41,974 bases of DNA from the NCBI GenBank assembly GCA_026712335.1, contig GCA_026712335.1_4695.1; one strand, given 5' to 3'. Origin of the DNA: Escherichia coli (GTDB lineage: Bacteria > Pseudomonadota > Gammaproteobacteria > Enterobacterales > Enterobacteriaceae). Both the position numbers and the translations under genes were made by a program. Every line of letters starts with the position of its first letter. Within the stretch, counting starts at the first letter, position 1. Positions 29,340 to 39,854 of this stretch are shown here, one piece after another. Under the pieces are notes generated by a model. That model searched no databases and was not told where the DNA came from. It saw only the letters and a list, made by a program, of their open reading frames with translations.

Positions 29340-31718
29340 ATGGCTCTTATTTCACAATCCGTCAAGAACCTGAAGGGCGGTATCAGTCAACAGCCGAACA
29401 TCTTAAGGTTCCCCGAACAGGGTTCCGAACAGATTAACGGTTGGTCTTCGGAGACTGAGGGTCTTCAGAAGCGTCCACCTTTTGTCTTCACTAAGACCAT
29501 TGGAGACCAGAATGCCCTTGGTACAAAACCGCTCATCCATTTAATCAACCGAGATAGCGTAGAACAGTATTACGTTGTGTTCACAGGACAGGCAGTCCGA
29601 GTGTTCGACCTCAATGGCAAAGAGTACACAGTGAAAGGTGACTTGAGCTACGTGAAGGTAGGAAACCCTCGTGACGACCTGCGAATGGTAACGGTGGCTG
29701 ACTACACGTTTATCGTTAACCGAAACATGGTTGTGCGTGCCGATAAGACACCGCTCTATACTCTGAAAGAGAACGGAGACTGTTTGATTAACGTTCGTGG
29801 TGGACAGTATGGGAGAACACTTGCATTCACAATAAACAACGTTCGCATTGAGTACAAGATTGCACAAGGTGACAAGCCTGAACATGTACAAGAGACCGAT
29901 GCACAATGGCTCGTTAAGAAACTTGCAGGTCTTGCTCGTGCTCACGGCTCCTTCAAGGACTGGAGGTTCGACGAAGGGTCTGGCTTCATACACATAATCG
30001 CTCCGGGTAACAGTCAGATTAACCAGTTGTCCACCGAGGATGGCTATGCTAACCAGTTGATGAACGCTGTAATGCACACAAGCCAGTCATTCAGTAAGTT
30101 GCCAATCGAGGCTCCTAATGGGTACACTGTGAAGATTGTTGGTGACACCTCTAAGACTTCCGACATGTTCTATGTCCAGTATGACAACGTTAAGAAAGTC
30201 TGGAAGGAAGTCGCCGGATGGGGAGTTGAGAAGGGTCTCAATGGTGACACCATGCCACATGCTTTGGTACGCCAACCAGACGGCTCATTCACTATGCAAT
30301 CCCTTCCGTGGTCACAGCGTACCTGTGGCGACATGGACACTAACCCTACTCCGTCTATTGTTGACCAGTCGATTAACGATGTGTTCTTCTTTCGTAACCG
30401 CTTAGGGTTCCTCGCTGGTGAGAACATTGTAATGTCCCGTACATCAAAGTATTTCTCACTGTTCCCTGCGTCCGTGGCTAACCTGTCCGACGATGACCCA
30501 ATTGACGTGGCTGTGTCCCATAACCGAATCTCTATCCTGAAGTACGCTGTACCGTTCTCCGAAGAGTTGCTCCTATGGTCAGACCAAGCACAGTTCGTGT
30601 TGTCTGCTCAAGGTATCCTCTCACCGAAGTCAGTAGAGTTGAACCTCACGACAGAGTTCGATGTGTCAGACCGAGCGAGACCTTTTGGCGTTGGGCGTGG
30701 TGTGTACTTTGCGTCACCTCGTGCTTCCTATACGTCACTTAACCGTTACTATGCGGTACAGGATGTTAGCTCCGTGAAGTCTGCTGAGGATATGAGTGCT
30801 CACGTTCCAAGTTACATTCCGAACGGTGTGTTCTCCATTCGTGGCTCCGGTACTGAGAACTTTATCTCCGTGCTCTCTGCGAACGCTCCGAGTAAAATCT
30901 TCCTGTACAAATTCCTGTACCTCAACGAAGAGATTGCTCAACAGTCGTGGTCACATTGGGAACTTGGAAGTAACGTAACGGTTCTGGCTTGTGACTCTAT
31001 CGGCTCAACGATGTACCTTGTGTTGCGCAACCAGTCCCACACTTGGATGTGCCGAGCACACTTTACGAAGAACTCCATTGACTTCAACGATGAACCATAT
31101 CGGCTGTACATCGACAACAAGATAAAGTATGTGATTCCTAAAGGTGCCTACAACGATGACACTTACACTACCACTGTGAAGCCTGTAGACATCTATGGGA
31201 TGCAATATTGGACTGGTAGGTTCTACATTGTGGCCTCTGATGGTCTGGTCTCGTGGTTCGACCCTCCGCGTGGTGGTTGGCCTAATGGTGTCCCTGTGTT
31301 GTCAATGAGTGGGAACCGTGAGGATGAGACAATCTACGTTGGCTTGGCTATCAACTTCCGTTATGTGTTCTCTAAGTTCCTCATCAAGAAGACTGCTGAT
31401 GATGGCTCGACAGCTACCGAGGATATTGGGCGCTTGCAGTTACGCCGAGCGTGGGTGAACTATGAGGACTCTGGTGCATTCACTGTAGAAGTGGAGAACA
31501 CCTCTCGACTGTTCAGCTATGACATGGCGGGTGCTCGCTTGGGTTCCAATGCGTTACGCTCTGGTGGGCTTAATGTTGGTACTGGTCAGTTCCGCTTCCC
31601 GGTCGCTGGCAACGCACAGTTGAATGAAGTACGTATTATCTCTGACCATACTACGCCACTGAACGTTATTGGTTGTGGCTGGGAGGGTAACTACCTGCGT
31701 CGTTCTTCTGGTATCTAA
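29340..31718 (+). CDS. 12: Tail tubular protein B gp12
   Basis: 792 aa from ATG with RBS AAGGAGG; MALISQSVKNLKGGISQQP, C-terminus GCGWEGNYLRRSSGI as in T7 gp12. Confidence 0.97.
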   Translation: MALISQSVKNLKGGISQQPNILRFPEQGSEQINGWSSETEGLQKRPPFVFTKTIGDQNALGTKPLIHLINRDSVEQYYVVFTGQAVRVFDLNGKEYTVKGDLSYVKVGNPRDDLRMVTVADYTFIVNRNMVVRADKTPLYTLKENGDCLINVRGGQYGRTLAFTINNVRIEYKIAQGDKPEHVQETDAQWLVKKLAGLARAHGSFKDWRFDEGSGFIHIIAPGNSQINQLSTEDGYANQLMNAVMHTSQSFSKLPIEAPNGYTVKIVGDTSKTSDMFYVQYDNVKKVWKEVAGWGVEKGLNGDTMPHALVRQPDGSFTMQSLPWSQRTCGDMDTNPTPSIVDQSINDVFFFRNRLGFLAGENIVMSRTSKYFSLFPASVANLSDDDPIDVAVSHNRISILKYAVPFSEELLLWSDQAQFVLSAQGILSPKSVELNLTTEFDVSDRARPFGVGRGVYFASPRASYTSLNRYYAVQDVSSVKSAEDMSAHVPSYIPNGVFSIRGSGTENFISVLSANAPSKIFLYKFLYLNEEIAQQSWSHWELGSNVTVLACDSIGSTMYLVLRNQSHTWMCRAHFTKNSIDFNDEPYRLYIDNKIKYVIPKGAYNDDTYTTTVKPVDIYGMQYWTGRFYIVASDGLVSWFDPPRGGWPNGVPVLSMSGNREDETIYVGLAINFRYVFSKFLIKKTADDGSTATEDIGRLQLRRAWVNYEDSGAFTVEVENTSRLFSYDMAGARLGSNALRSGGLNVGTGQFRFPVAGNAQLNEVRIISDHTTPLNVIGCGWEGNYLRRSSGI

Positions 31719-31745
31719 ATGAAACACCCCGACTCAATTAGTGAA

Positions 31746-31768
31746 CAATACGACTCACTATTGGGGAG
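31746..31768 (+). promoter_or_regulatory. Phage RNAP promoter (phi13-like, late)
   Basis: CAATACGACTCACTATT GGGGAG. Confidence 0.8.
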
Positions 31769-31794
31769 GGGTTTATACTTAAAGGAGAAACTCT

Positions 31795-32208
31795 ATGTTA
31801 ATAATCAGACCTACTAAAGAATCAGACTTTGCTAGGTTCACTCCGTCACCTGAAGACATCGCTGAGGCACATGCCTACGGGATTGAACCATCATTTCCAC
31901 CAGCTAACGAGTGTGTCACTATGTCACTTCATGGTATGCCAGTAGCTATAGGCGGTAACTGTGGGGACCAAGTGTGGTTCGTAACGTCCGCTCGTGTGTG
32001 GAAACTAAGTATGAAGACCCGAAGAGAGTTCCGAAAGCTCATTCTGGAGTATCGAGATACCATGCTCAAACAGTATCCGATTATCTGGAACTACGTTTGG
32101 GTCGGCAACAAGTCCCACATTAGGTTCTTGAAGTCTATCGGTGCGGTGTTCCATAATGAGTTTACTGGTGACAGTAATCAATTCCAACTATTCACAATAG
32201 GAGGTTAA
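31795..32208 (+). CDS. 13: Internal virion protein A gp13
   Basis: 137 aa; position and size match T7 gp13. Confidence 0.8.
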   Translation: MLIIRPTKESDFARFTPSPEDIAEAHAYGIEPSFPPANECVTMSLHGMPVAIGGNCGDQVWFVTSARVWKLSMKTRREFRKLILEYRDTMLKQYPIIWNYVWVGNKSHIRFLKSIGAVFHNEFTGDSNQFQLFTIGG

Positions 32209-32210
32209 CT

Positions 32211-32816
32211 ATGTGCTGGATGGCTGCAATCCCTATCGCTATGCAAGGCGCTTCCATGATTATGGGAGGTATGCAGGGTGAACAGGCAAAGGCCGCACAG
32301 ATTGACCAAGGTCGTCGCCAAAGTTGGCAGATGGTAAAGGAGATGAATTATAACGATGCTAATCTCAAGTTAGAATCGCGTGACCTCATTGACTCCACTG
32401 TACAGGAGATGACCCAAGCGAATATGAACCGTGTGAGAAACATGGGGACTATCCGAGCGGCAATCGGTGAAGGGATGCTTGAAGGTAACTCTATGGACCG
32501 CGTACAACGCGTTACCGAGGGTGACTTCCTTCGAGAGTCTCAAGGTCTCACTGAGAACTACCAACGTGACTATAGTGTCATCTTAGGGAAGCGTTTAGCT
32601 AACCACGAGAACACAGTGAGTCAGATTAAAGAAATCAACAACTCTGAGCCACGGCTTAAAGGCAAGCTGGAACAAATTATCGACCCATTAGGCTTAGGCT
32701 TAACGAAGCTGGTTGATGTTGCAACTGCTGGTAGTCCTCTAACCAATAAGTTAGGTAAGAAGGCTGCTGCTAAGGTCAAGGCTTCAGATGCCAAGTCAAC
32801 AGGCCAAGGTAAATAA
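32211..32816 (+). CDS. 14: Internal virion protein B gp14
   Basis: 201 aa; MCWMAAIPIA...IRAAIGEGMLEGNSMDR..RVTEGDF matches T7 gp14. Confidence 0.92.
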   Translation: MCWMAAIPIAMQGASMIMGGMQGEQAKAAQIDQGRRQSWQMVKEMNYNDANLKLESRDLIDSTVQEMTQANMNRVRNMGTIRAAIGEGMLEGNSMDRVQRVTEGDFLRESQGLTENYQRDYSVILGKRLANHENTVSQIKEINNSEPRLKGKLEQIIDPLGLGLTKLVDVATAGSPLTNKLGKKAAAKVKASDAKSTGQGK

Positions 32817-32830
32817 AGGAGGTACAGTTT

Positions 32831-35110
32831 ATGAGTAAGTTAGCTCAAGCATTGGGTAGCATGAATGCTCCGACTACCAGTCGTCTGCGTGGCACTGGTC
32901 GTATGGAAGTTAAGGCCGCAGCAGTCTATGAAGACCCTAAGTATGCCAAGAAGTCCGCACTGATTGGGACTGTGGGTAAACTTGCTGAGATGGGTGCGGA
33001 TGCCTATATGAAGTATGACCAGCACCAGAAGGACAAGGCAGACGAACGCTCAAACGAGATTATTCGTAAGCTGACTCCTGAACAACGCCGAGAGGCCATT
33101 AAGAATGGAACCCTGTTATATCAGGACGACCCATACGCAATGGAAGCACTTAAGGTGAAGACTGGTCGTAACGCTGCGTATCTCGTTGATGACGAGGTAG
33201 CACAGAAGGTTAAGAACGGTGAGTTCCGAACCCGTCAAGAGATGGAAGAGTTTCGTCATAGTCGCCTACAGGAATCCGCTAAGAATTATGCTGAACAGTT
33301 TGGTATCGACGAGACCGATGAGCACTACCAGAAGGGATTCAACTCTGACATCACCGAGCGTAACATTGCTCTCTATGGCGCTCATGATAACTTCCTGAGT
33401 GACCAAGCTAAGAAGGGTGCTGTCATCAACAGTCGCGTAGAGTTGAACTCCGTGTTGAACGACCCGGAAACCCTGCGCTCTCCGCATGCTGGTGAGTTCT
33501 TTGAGAACTACTTCAGTGCCGGATTGACTACAGGAAGTATCCCTAGTGATGACCAAGCGTTCACAATGATTAGCCAAGGTCTCTCTGACGTGGTTAACCG
33601 TGAGGGCGGTGGTCAGTTCCTGCAACAGATTGAGAACCGAAAGGTAAAACTGCATGGCAAGGAGACTACCTTCAAGGAACTGATGGGTGCCGAACAGTGG
33701 AACAATCTGATGGTTAAGGCTCAACATAATGAGTTCCAGTTGAATGCTAAGAAGACCGAGGCGTTCCAACTTAATGTGAACTCTGCGTTGAACCAAGAGA
33801 ACGTGAACACTGGCTGGGAACAGTTGCAATCCATAAAAGCTGAACTGGACACACTGCAACCGGGCGAAGAGATGACACCTGAACGTCAGGCGTTAATCAA
33901 TGCACAGACGCAGATGCAGGACAGGATGAAGCTGGAGACCGCTGAGTTAGCCAAGCAGATGGACAAGCAACAGAAGTCGATGAACAAGATGAACGTCATT
34001 GACGCACAGTTCCAGAAGCGGCTCAATGGTCAGTATGTGTCTACTGCGTATGGCGATATGCCTACCAACGAGAACACTGGTGAGTTCACCCATAGTGACA
34101 TGGTTAACTATGCGAACAAGAAGCTGGCTGACATTGACGCTATGGACATCCCTGATGCACAGAAGGACCGCATGAAGTTGGACTACCTCAAGGCTGACTC
34201 CGAGAAGGGCGCTTTCCGTACTGCGGTTGGTGAACTGATTGGTGACGCTGAGAAGGAATGGACGTCCGCTGTGATTAACGGGAAGATGCCAGAAGATGGT
34301 GGTGTGGCTCTTAATGCCCTGCGACGTGTTCGTAATGCTGACCCTGAGTTATTCGCTGCACTCTATCCTGATAAAGCCGAGATGTTCCTCACTATGGACA
34401 TGATGGACAACCAAGGGATTGACCCGCAGATTCTCTTAGATGCGGATAAGGCTCGTAAGTCTCTTACCAAAGAGATGCAGTACGAGGATGACAAGGCGTG
34501 GACTTCCCTGAAGAACAACTCCGAGTCTCCTGAACTGTCCCGTATGCCAGCTACATTGGATGCAGGTGCTCGTAAGATTTATGACTCCGTTAAGTACCGC
34601 ACAGGTAATGCTGATTCGGCAATGCAACAGGTCGATAAGTATCTCAAAGAGAACACAACGACTCTCACTGCTGATGACGTTGATGGTGATACCATTGGTG
34701 TCTTGACGAGAAACTCTTTGCGTGTGACTGATGACCCGGACTCTTGGAAACAAGGTAAGGACATTATCGACACAGCCGCTAAGAAACTCGCTGAGACTAA
34801 CCCTTGGGTTACTAACAAGCAACTCACTGTGTTCGAGCGTGGTGACTCTATCTACCTGATGGACACGACCGGACAGGTAAACATTCGGTATGACAAGCAG
34901 TTGCTCTCTAAGATGTATCAAGAGAACCAAGCGAAGCTGGATGAGGAAGCCCGTAATAAGGCACTCAAAGATGCCAACAAGCGAACCCTACATACACGAG
35001 CTATGAACCGCAAGCGTGAACGTGAAGCTAAGAAGCCTAAGCGCTCTGGCAGCATGTACGATAGCGTGAGTGGCAAAGGTATTCTGGATACGCTGACTGG
35101 TAAAGACTAA
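32831..35110 (+). CDS. 15: Internal virion protein C gp15
   Basis: 759 aa; position between gp14 and gp16; size close to T7 gp15 (747 aa). Confidence 0.9.
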   Translation: MSKLAQALGSMNAPTTSRLRGTGRMEVKAAAVYEDPKYAKKSALIGTVGKLAEMGADAYMKYDQHQKDKADERSNEIIRKLTPEQRREAIKNGTLLYQDDPYAMEALKVKTGRNAAYLVDDEVAQKVKNGEFRTRQEMEEFRHSRLQESAKNYAEQFGIDETDEHYQKGFNSDITERNIALYGAHDNFLSDQAKKGAVINSRVELNSVLNDPETLRSPHAGEFFENYFSAGLTTGSIPSDDQAFTMISQGLSDVVNREGGGQFLQQIENRKVKLHGKETTFKELMGAEQWNNLMVKAQHNEFQLNAKKTEAFQLNVNSALNQENVNTGWEQLQSIKAELDTLQPGEEMTPERQALINAQTQMQDRMKLETAELAKQMDKQQKSMNKMNVIDAQFQKRLNGQYVSTAYGDMPTNENTGEFTHSDMVNYANKKLADIDAMDIPDAQKDRMKLDYLKADSEKGAFRTAVGELIGDAEKEWTSAVINGKMPEDGGVALNALRRVRNADPELFAALYPDKAEMFLTMDMMDNQGIDPQILLDADKARKSLTKEMQYEDDKAWTSLKNNSESPELSRMPATLDAGARKIYDSVKYRTGNADSAMQQVDKYLKENTTTLTADDVDGDTIGVLTRNSLRVTDDPDSWKQGKDIIDTAAKKLAETNPWVTNKQLTVFERGDSIYLMDTTGQVNIRYDKQLLSKMYQENQAKLDEEARNKALKDANKRTLHTRAMNRKREREAKKPKRSGSMYDSVSGKGILDTLTGKD

Positions 35111-35133
35111 CAGACCACGATAGGAGGTTCCAA

Positions 35134-38100
35134 GTGGATAAGTATAACCCGAACGAATCGCATGAATATGATGCGTTATTTCAACAAGCTGCTGACACAC
35201 ATGGAGTCTCCTATGGCCTTCTTCGGAAGGTCGGTTGGGTAGAGTCCCGCTTTAAACCTACGGCTCAATCACCAACAGGGCCACGAGGTGTCATGCAGTT
35301 CACTAAGGCAACTGGTCAGGCTTATGGTCTCCAGAACGATGAGGACTTCGCTGACCCGGCTAAGTCCATTGATGCTGGTGCTCGTTACCTTGCAGACCTC
35401 GTTAAGAAATACAATGGGGATGAACTTAAAGCTGCCCTAGCGTACAACCAAGGTGAAGGGAGCAACGGTAAGCCACAACTGGAAGCCTACGATTCTGGTA
35501 ACTTTGCTGGCATCGGTGATGAAGGTCGTAACTATCTGCGTTCACTTCTGGATGTCGCTAAGTCACCTAAGAGTGGGGACATCGAGTCATTCGGTGGTAT
35601 CACCCCAAAGGGTAAAGGGATTCCGTTTGATGCTGCGATGAGTGGTATCGGGAAGAAAGGAAAGGTAACAACTGAACTCCCTGAGTCTCACGAAATGTCC
35701 TTTCAAGGTAAAGAACAGGCCGCTCCCAATCAGCCGTTCGGAAAAGATTATTGGGAAGCCAAAGGTACAACTCTTGACGAAGCAAACGAGCGTTCAACCT
35801 TCTTCGGATTCGGTAGTGCTGCTGAAGCAGAACTCTCAAACTCAACCTTGGGTGTTGCCTTCCGTGCTGGTAAGCGTGACAATGGTTTTGATGTGCTCAC
35901 TGATGTACTTCAACCGACACGGTTTAACAGCCACATTTGGTCGCCTGAAGAACTCGATAAGATTCGCAAAGAAGTGAAGAACCCTGCGTACATGAACGTT
36001 GTGCTTGGTGGTTCCGCTGAGAACCTTGACGAGCTAATCAAGATGGCTAATGAGAACTTCGAGTTGGACTCTAAGGCTGCTGATGCGGGTCTAGGTGCCA
36101 AGCTGTCTGCTGGTCTTATTGGTGCTGGTGTTGACCCGTTGACCTACGTTCCTATCGCTGGGACTGCGGCTAAAGGGTTCAAGCTGGTTAACAAGGCGTT
36201 GATTGTAGGTGCTCAAGCTGGTGCACTTAACGTTGCCTCTGAAGGTCTGCGTACATCGGTTGCTGGTGGTGATGCACATTATGCTGAAGCTGCCCTTGCT
36301 GGGATGTTACTGGCTGGTGGACTGACTTCTGTGGCAGATGGCGTTGCTGCGGGTCTCCGTAAGTCTGGTGCTGAACAGATTGAGAACCCCTTTGCTGCTG
36401 CACAGATGCGCTTTGAGACTCGTGAGACTGCACGTAACACTGGTGGTTATGACGCAAGCCGTATGCCTCCTAGTGAAGACCGAGTGTTCTCACAGCACAA
36501 CGGCGTTGAGTATGCACCACTGGAAACTGAACCGGGTGCTGTAGTGTTGCGTGATGGTTCCATTATCAGTGACACAAACTTGGCTAACCCGATGACAGCC
36601 AAAGAGTTCGAAGAAGTAGACCCTGAACGTGCTGCGTGGGGCTTGCCTATGCGTGGATTGAGTGAAATCGGCTTGAGGACTTTACGTTCTGAACATGCTG
36701 AAATCCGTGGTCTCGCTAAGGACTTAGTGCGTTCACCTACAGGTATGGAGTCAGGCTCACATGGTAAGTTTGGTTCCACTACATCGGACATCATAGAGCG
36801 ACTGCGCAGTCTCAATCATCGAACCTACAATAACCTATATGGTGCAATGAAGGAAGCGATGGCTGACCCTGAGTGGTCTGTTGGTATGTTCAAGAGTGGT
36901 GCTCAAGGTGCCCGTCAACAAATCTATCGTCGTACTAGTGAGGCTATCGAGAGACCTGAACTTCAGGCCAACTTGACCAAGGCAGAACGTAAGGTGATGG
37001 ACATCGTGAAGGAACACTATGACCTCAAGCGTGAGATGATGGAGAACCCGTCGATGTTCGGTAACAAGGCCACCTCTATCTTCCCTAACAGTCGTCACAA
37101 AGGGACTTACGTTCCTCATGTGTACTCACGGGAAGCCAAGCAGTTGTACTCACAGGCTCTTGGGGGCACTGATGGTTTACAGGAAGCAGTTGCTGCAAGC
37201 CTGATGGCATCATATCATGCACGCCCTGAAGTTAAGGCCCGTATTGATGAGATGCTGGCAGAGCAGTTACGGGTATCCAAACCAGCGGGTAAGACTGCGG
37301 GTACTACACCCAATAAGCCCTCTTCTGTCAACACAGCAAGTTACCAGATGAAACTGGACGATACAGCTACACAGGCAAGTGATAAGGTATTGGAACTAAA
37401 AGACGTCATGACCAACGCTGAGAAGCGAGTTGCGGACCGTGAAAGGAAACTCCAGAACTCCAAGGACAGACTGGCTTCGCATGAGGCTAAACTGAAGGAG
37501 TTGGAAGAAAAACTAGCTGCTAAACCTAATAGCAAAACCATTCCTGTTAAGATTGAGAGCCGGAAGCAGATGATTGAGACCCAGAAGTCTCACATCCGTA
37601 TTAACACAGAGCGTCTCGACTACATGAAAGGACAGGCTGCTAAGGTCCAAGACAGAATCACCAAAGCAACCGCCGAAGCTGAGGAAGCCGCCTCTGCTGC
37701 CAAAGGGCAGAAGACTACTGGTGGCGGTGAAGACACTATCGTTGGTGAAGCCACATCGGGTAATGCACCTCAATCAGTACAAGAGGTGACTATGGATATG
37801 GTCGAGAAGTACGCTATGGACAAGGCTTACGGTATTACGAAGACCGATGAGTTCAACTCTTCAAGTGTCATTGACGATAACATTGAGGGTCTCGTTGGGA
37901 TTGAGAACAACTCATTCCTTGAAGCCCGTAACCTGTTTGATTCTGACGTGCCAATCACTCTACCGAACGGGCAACAGTTCTCTGTGAATGACCTCCGTGA
38001 CTTCGATATGAAGCATGTGATGCCAGCATATGACCGCCGTGTTGATGGTGATATTGCTATCATGGGAGGCACAGGTAAGACTACTGCTGAACTCAAGGAC

Positions 38101-39782
38101 GCTATTATGGCTCTTGATAAGAAGTCTGAAGGTAAAGGTACAATGAAAGGTGAAGTGGAAGCACTTAAGGATGTCGTTAAGATTGNGTGAATGACCTCCG
38201 TGACTTCGATATGAAGCATGTGATGCCAGCATATGACCGCCGTGTTGATGGTGATATTGCTATCATGGGAGGCACAGGTAAGACTACTGCTGAACTCAAG
38301 GACGCTATTATGGCTCTTGATAAGAAGTCTGAAGGTAAAGGTACAATGAAAGGTGAAGTGGAAGCACTTAAGGATGTCGTTAAGATTGTCACTGGTCGTG
38401 CTCGACGCAATCAGGATACTGTAGGTGACACTATGGTCCGTGCTCTGTCCGATATGTCCTTCTTCACGAAGAACGCATATATGGGCTTGCAGAACCTAAC
38501 CGAAATCTCCGGTATGTTGCAGAAGGGTAATATCCGTGCGATGCTTCATGGCATTCCGGTACTGCGTGACTTAGCGTTCCGCAACAAGCCAGTCTCTGGT
38601 AGTGAACTCAAAGAACTCCACTCTATGGTGTTCGGTAAAGAGTTTGATGACTTAGTCCGACCTACTCGTCAAGACATCATTCAGCGACTCCGTGAGTCCA
38701 CTGATACACCTGATGTTGCCGCAAAGGTTGTTGGTTCTATCAAGCACACAACTCAAGAACTGGCGGCTCGCTCACCTCTCACCAAGTTCCTCAATGGTAC
38801 GTCAAACTACCTTCTGGACATGGCCCGACAGGGTGTGATGGGTGATGTGGTAACTCATGCTATCACTGGAAAGGGTGCCAACAAGTGGATTAAAGGTGAC
38901 ATGTTGAAGTCTGCGAGTATCTCTAAGGAACAGTGGGAAGGCATTCAGGCTCTCATCCGTGAGAACGTTACCCGTGGGGAAGATGGTAAGTTTACCTTCA
39001 AGGATAAGAAGGCTCTGGCTAATGACCCTCGTGCTATGGACTTGTGGCGTTTGGCTGACAAGGTTGCTGATGAAACGATGCTTCGACCTCATAAGGTTTC
39101 CTTACAGGATTCCCATGCGTTTGGTGCCACCGCTAAGTTAGTCCTTCAGTTTAAGTCGTTTGTCATCAAGTCGATGAACTCTAAGTTTATCCGCTCCGGT
39201 CACGAAGCCTTTAAGAACCAGCGTGCTATGGACATGGCGCTGACCTATGCAATCTCTGGTGGTATCGCTGGCTCCTACTATGTGGCACAGGCCCACTTGA
39301 AGGCTGCTGGTCTTCCTAAAGAGCAACAGAAGGATTACTTGAAGAAAGCTCTCGACCCGAAGATGATTGCCTACGCTGCGGCCTCCCGAAGTTCACACTT
39401 AGGGTCGCCTCTGAGTATCGCTAACTTCGCTATGGGTGCTGCTGGTTACGACCAAGGTCTTATGGTTCGCTCTACGATTCTACCGAAAGGTGATGACAAG
39501 CGTGAGCGCAACAAGGCGGTGACTTCTCGTGACATGGGTGATTCCATTATGGGCGCTATTGGTGAACAGGTTCCTGCTCTTGGCTTCGCTGGTGCTGCTC
39601 TAGCTACTGGTCGAAATGCTTATGGTGTCCTTACGGCTCCTAACAAACCGACCGAGCGTGAGATGATGACTGGCTTAATGAATGCTCACCGAGAGATGAT
39701 TCCTAACGATCCAATCTCTCAACAGATGCTCATTAAGTTCTATGAGGCCAACGGTGTTCACATTAAGGCTGACAAGAAGTAA
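35134..39782 (+). CDS. 16: Internal virion protein D gp16 with N-terminal lytic transglycosylase domain (ORF split by duplication artifact 37984..38388; about 1481 aa after de-duplication; GTG start)
   Basis: ORFs 35134..38190 and 38187..39782 together are collinear with T7 gp16; SLT motifs ESRF...MQFTKAT...AYNQGEG; C-terminus YEANGV; removing one 203-bp copy restores frame. Confidence 0.95.
37984..38388. repeat. Direct duplicate 37984..38185 = 38187..38388 with N at 38186 inside gp16 (scaffold overlap artifact)
   Basis: Read directly; copies identical; period 203 is not a multiple of 3. Confidence 0.92.
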
Positions 39783-39783
39783 A

Positions 39784-39806
39784 CAATACGACTCACTATT
39801 GGGAAG
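39784..39806 (+). promoter_or_regulatory. Phage RNAP promoter (phi17-like, late)
   Basis: CAATACGACTCACTATT GGGAAG. Confidence 0.8.
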
Positions 39807-39854
39807 GCTCTCACAGCTTCCCTCCTATTATATCTAACCGAAAGGAGGCTACAG

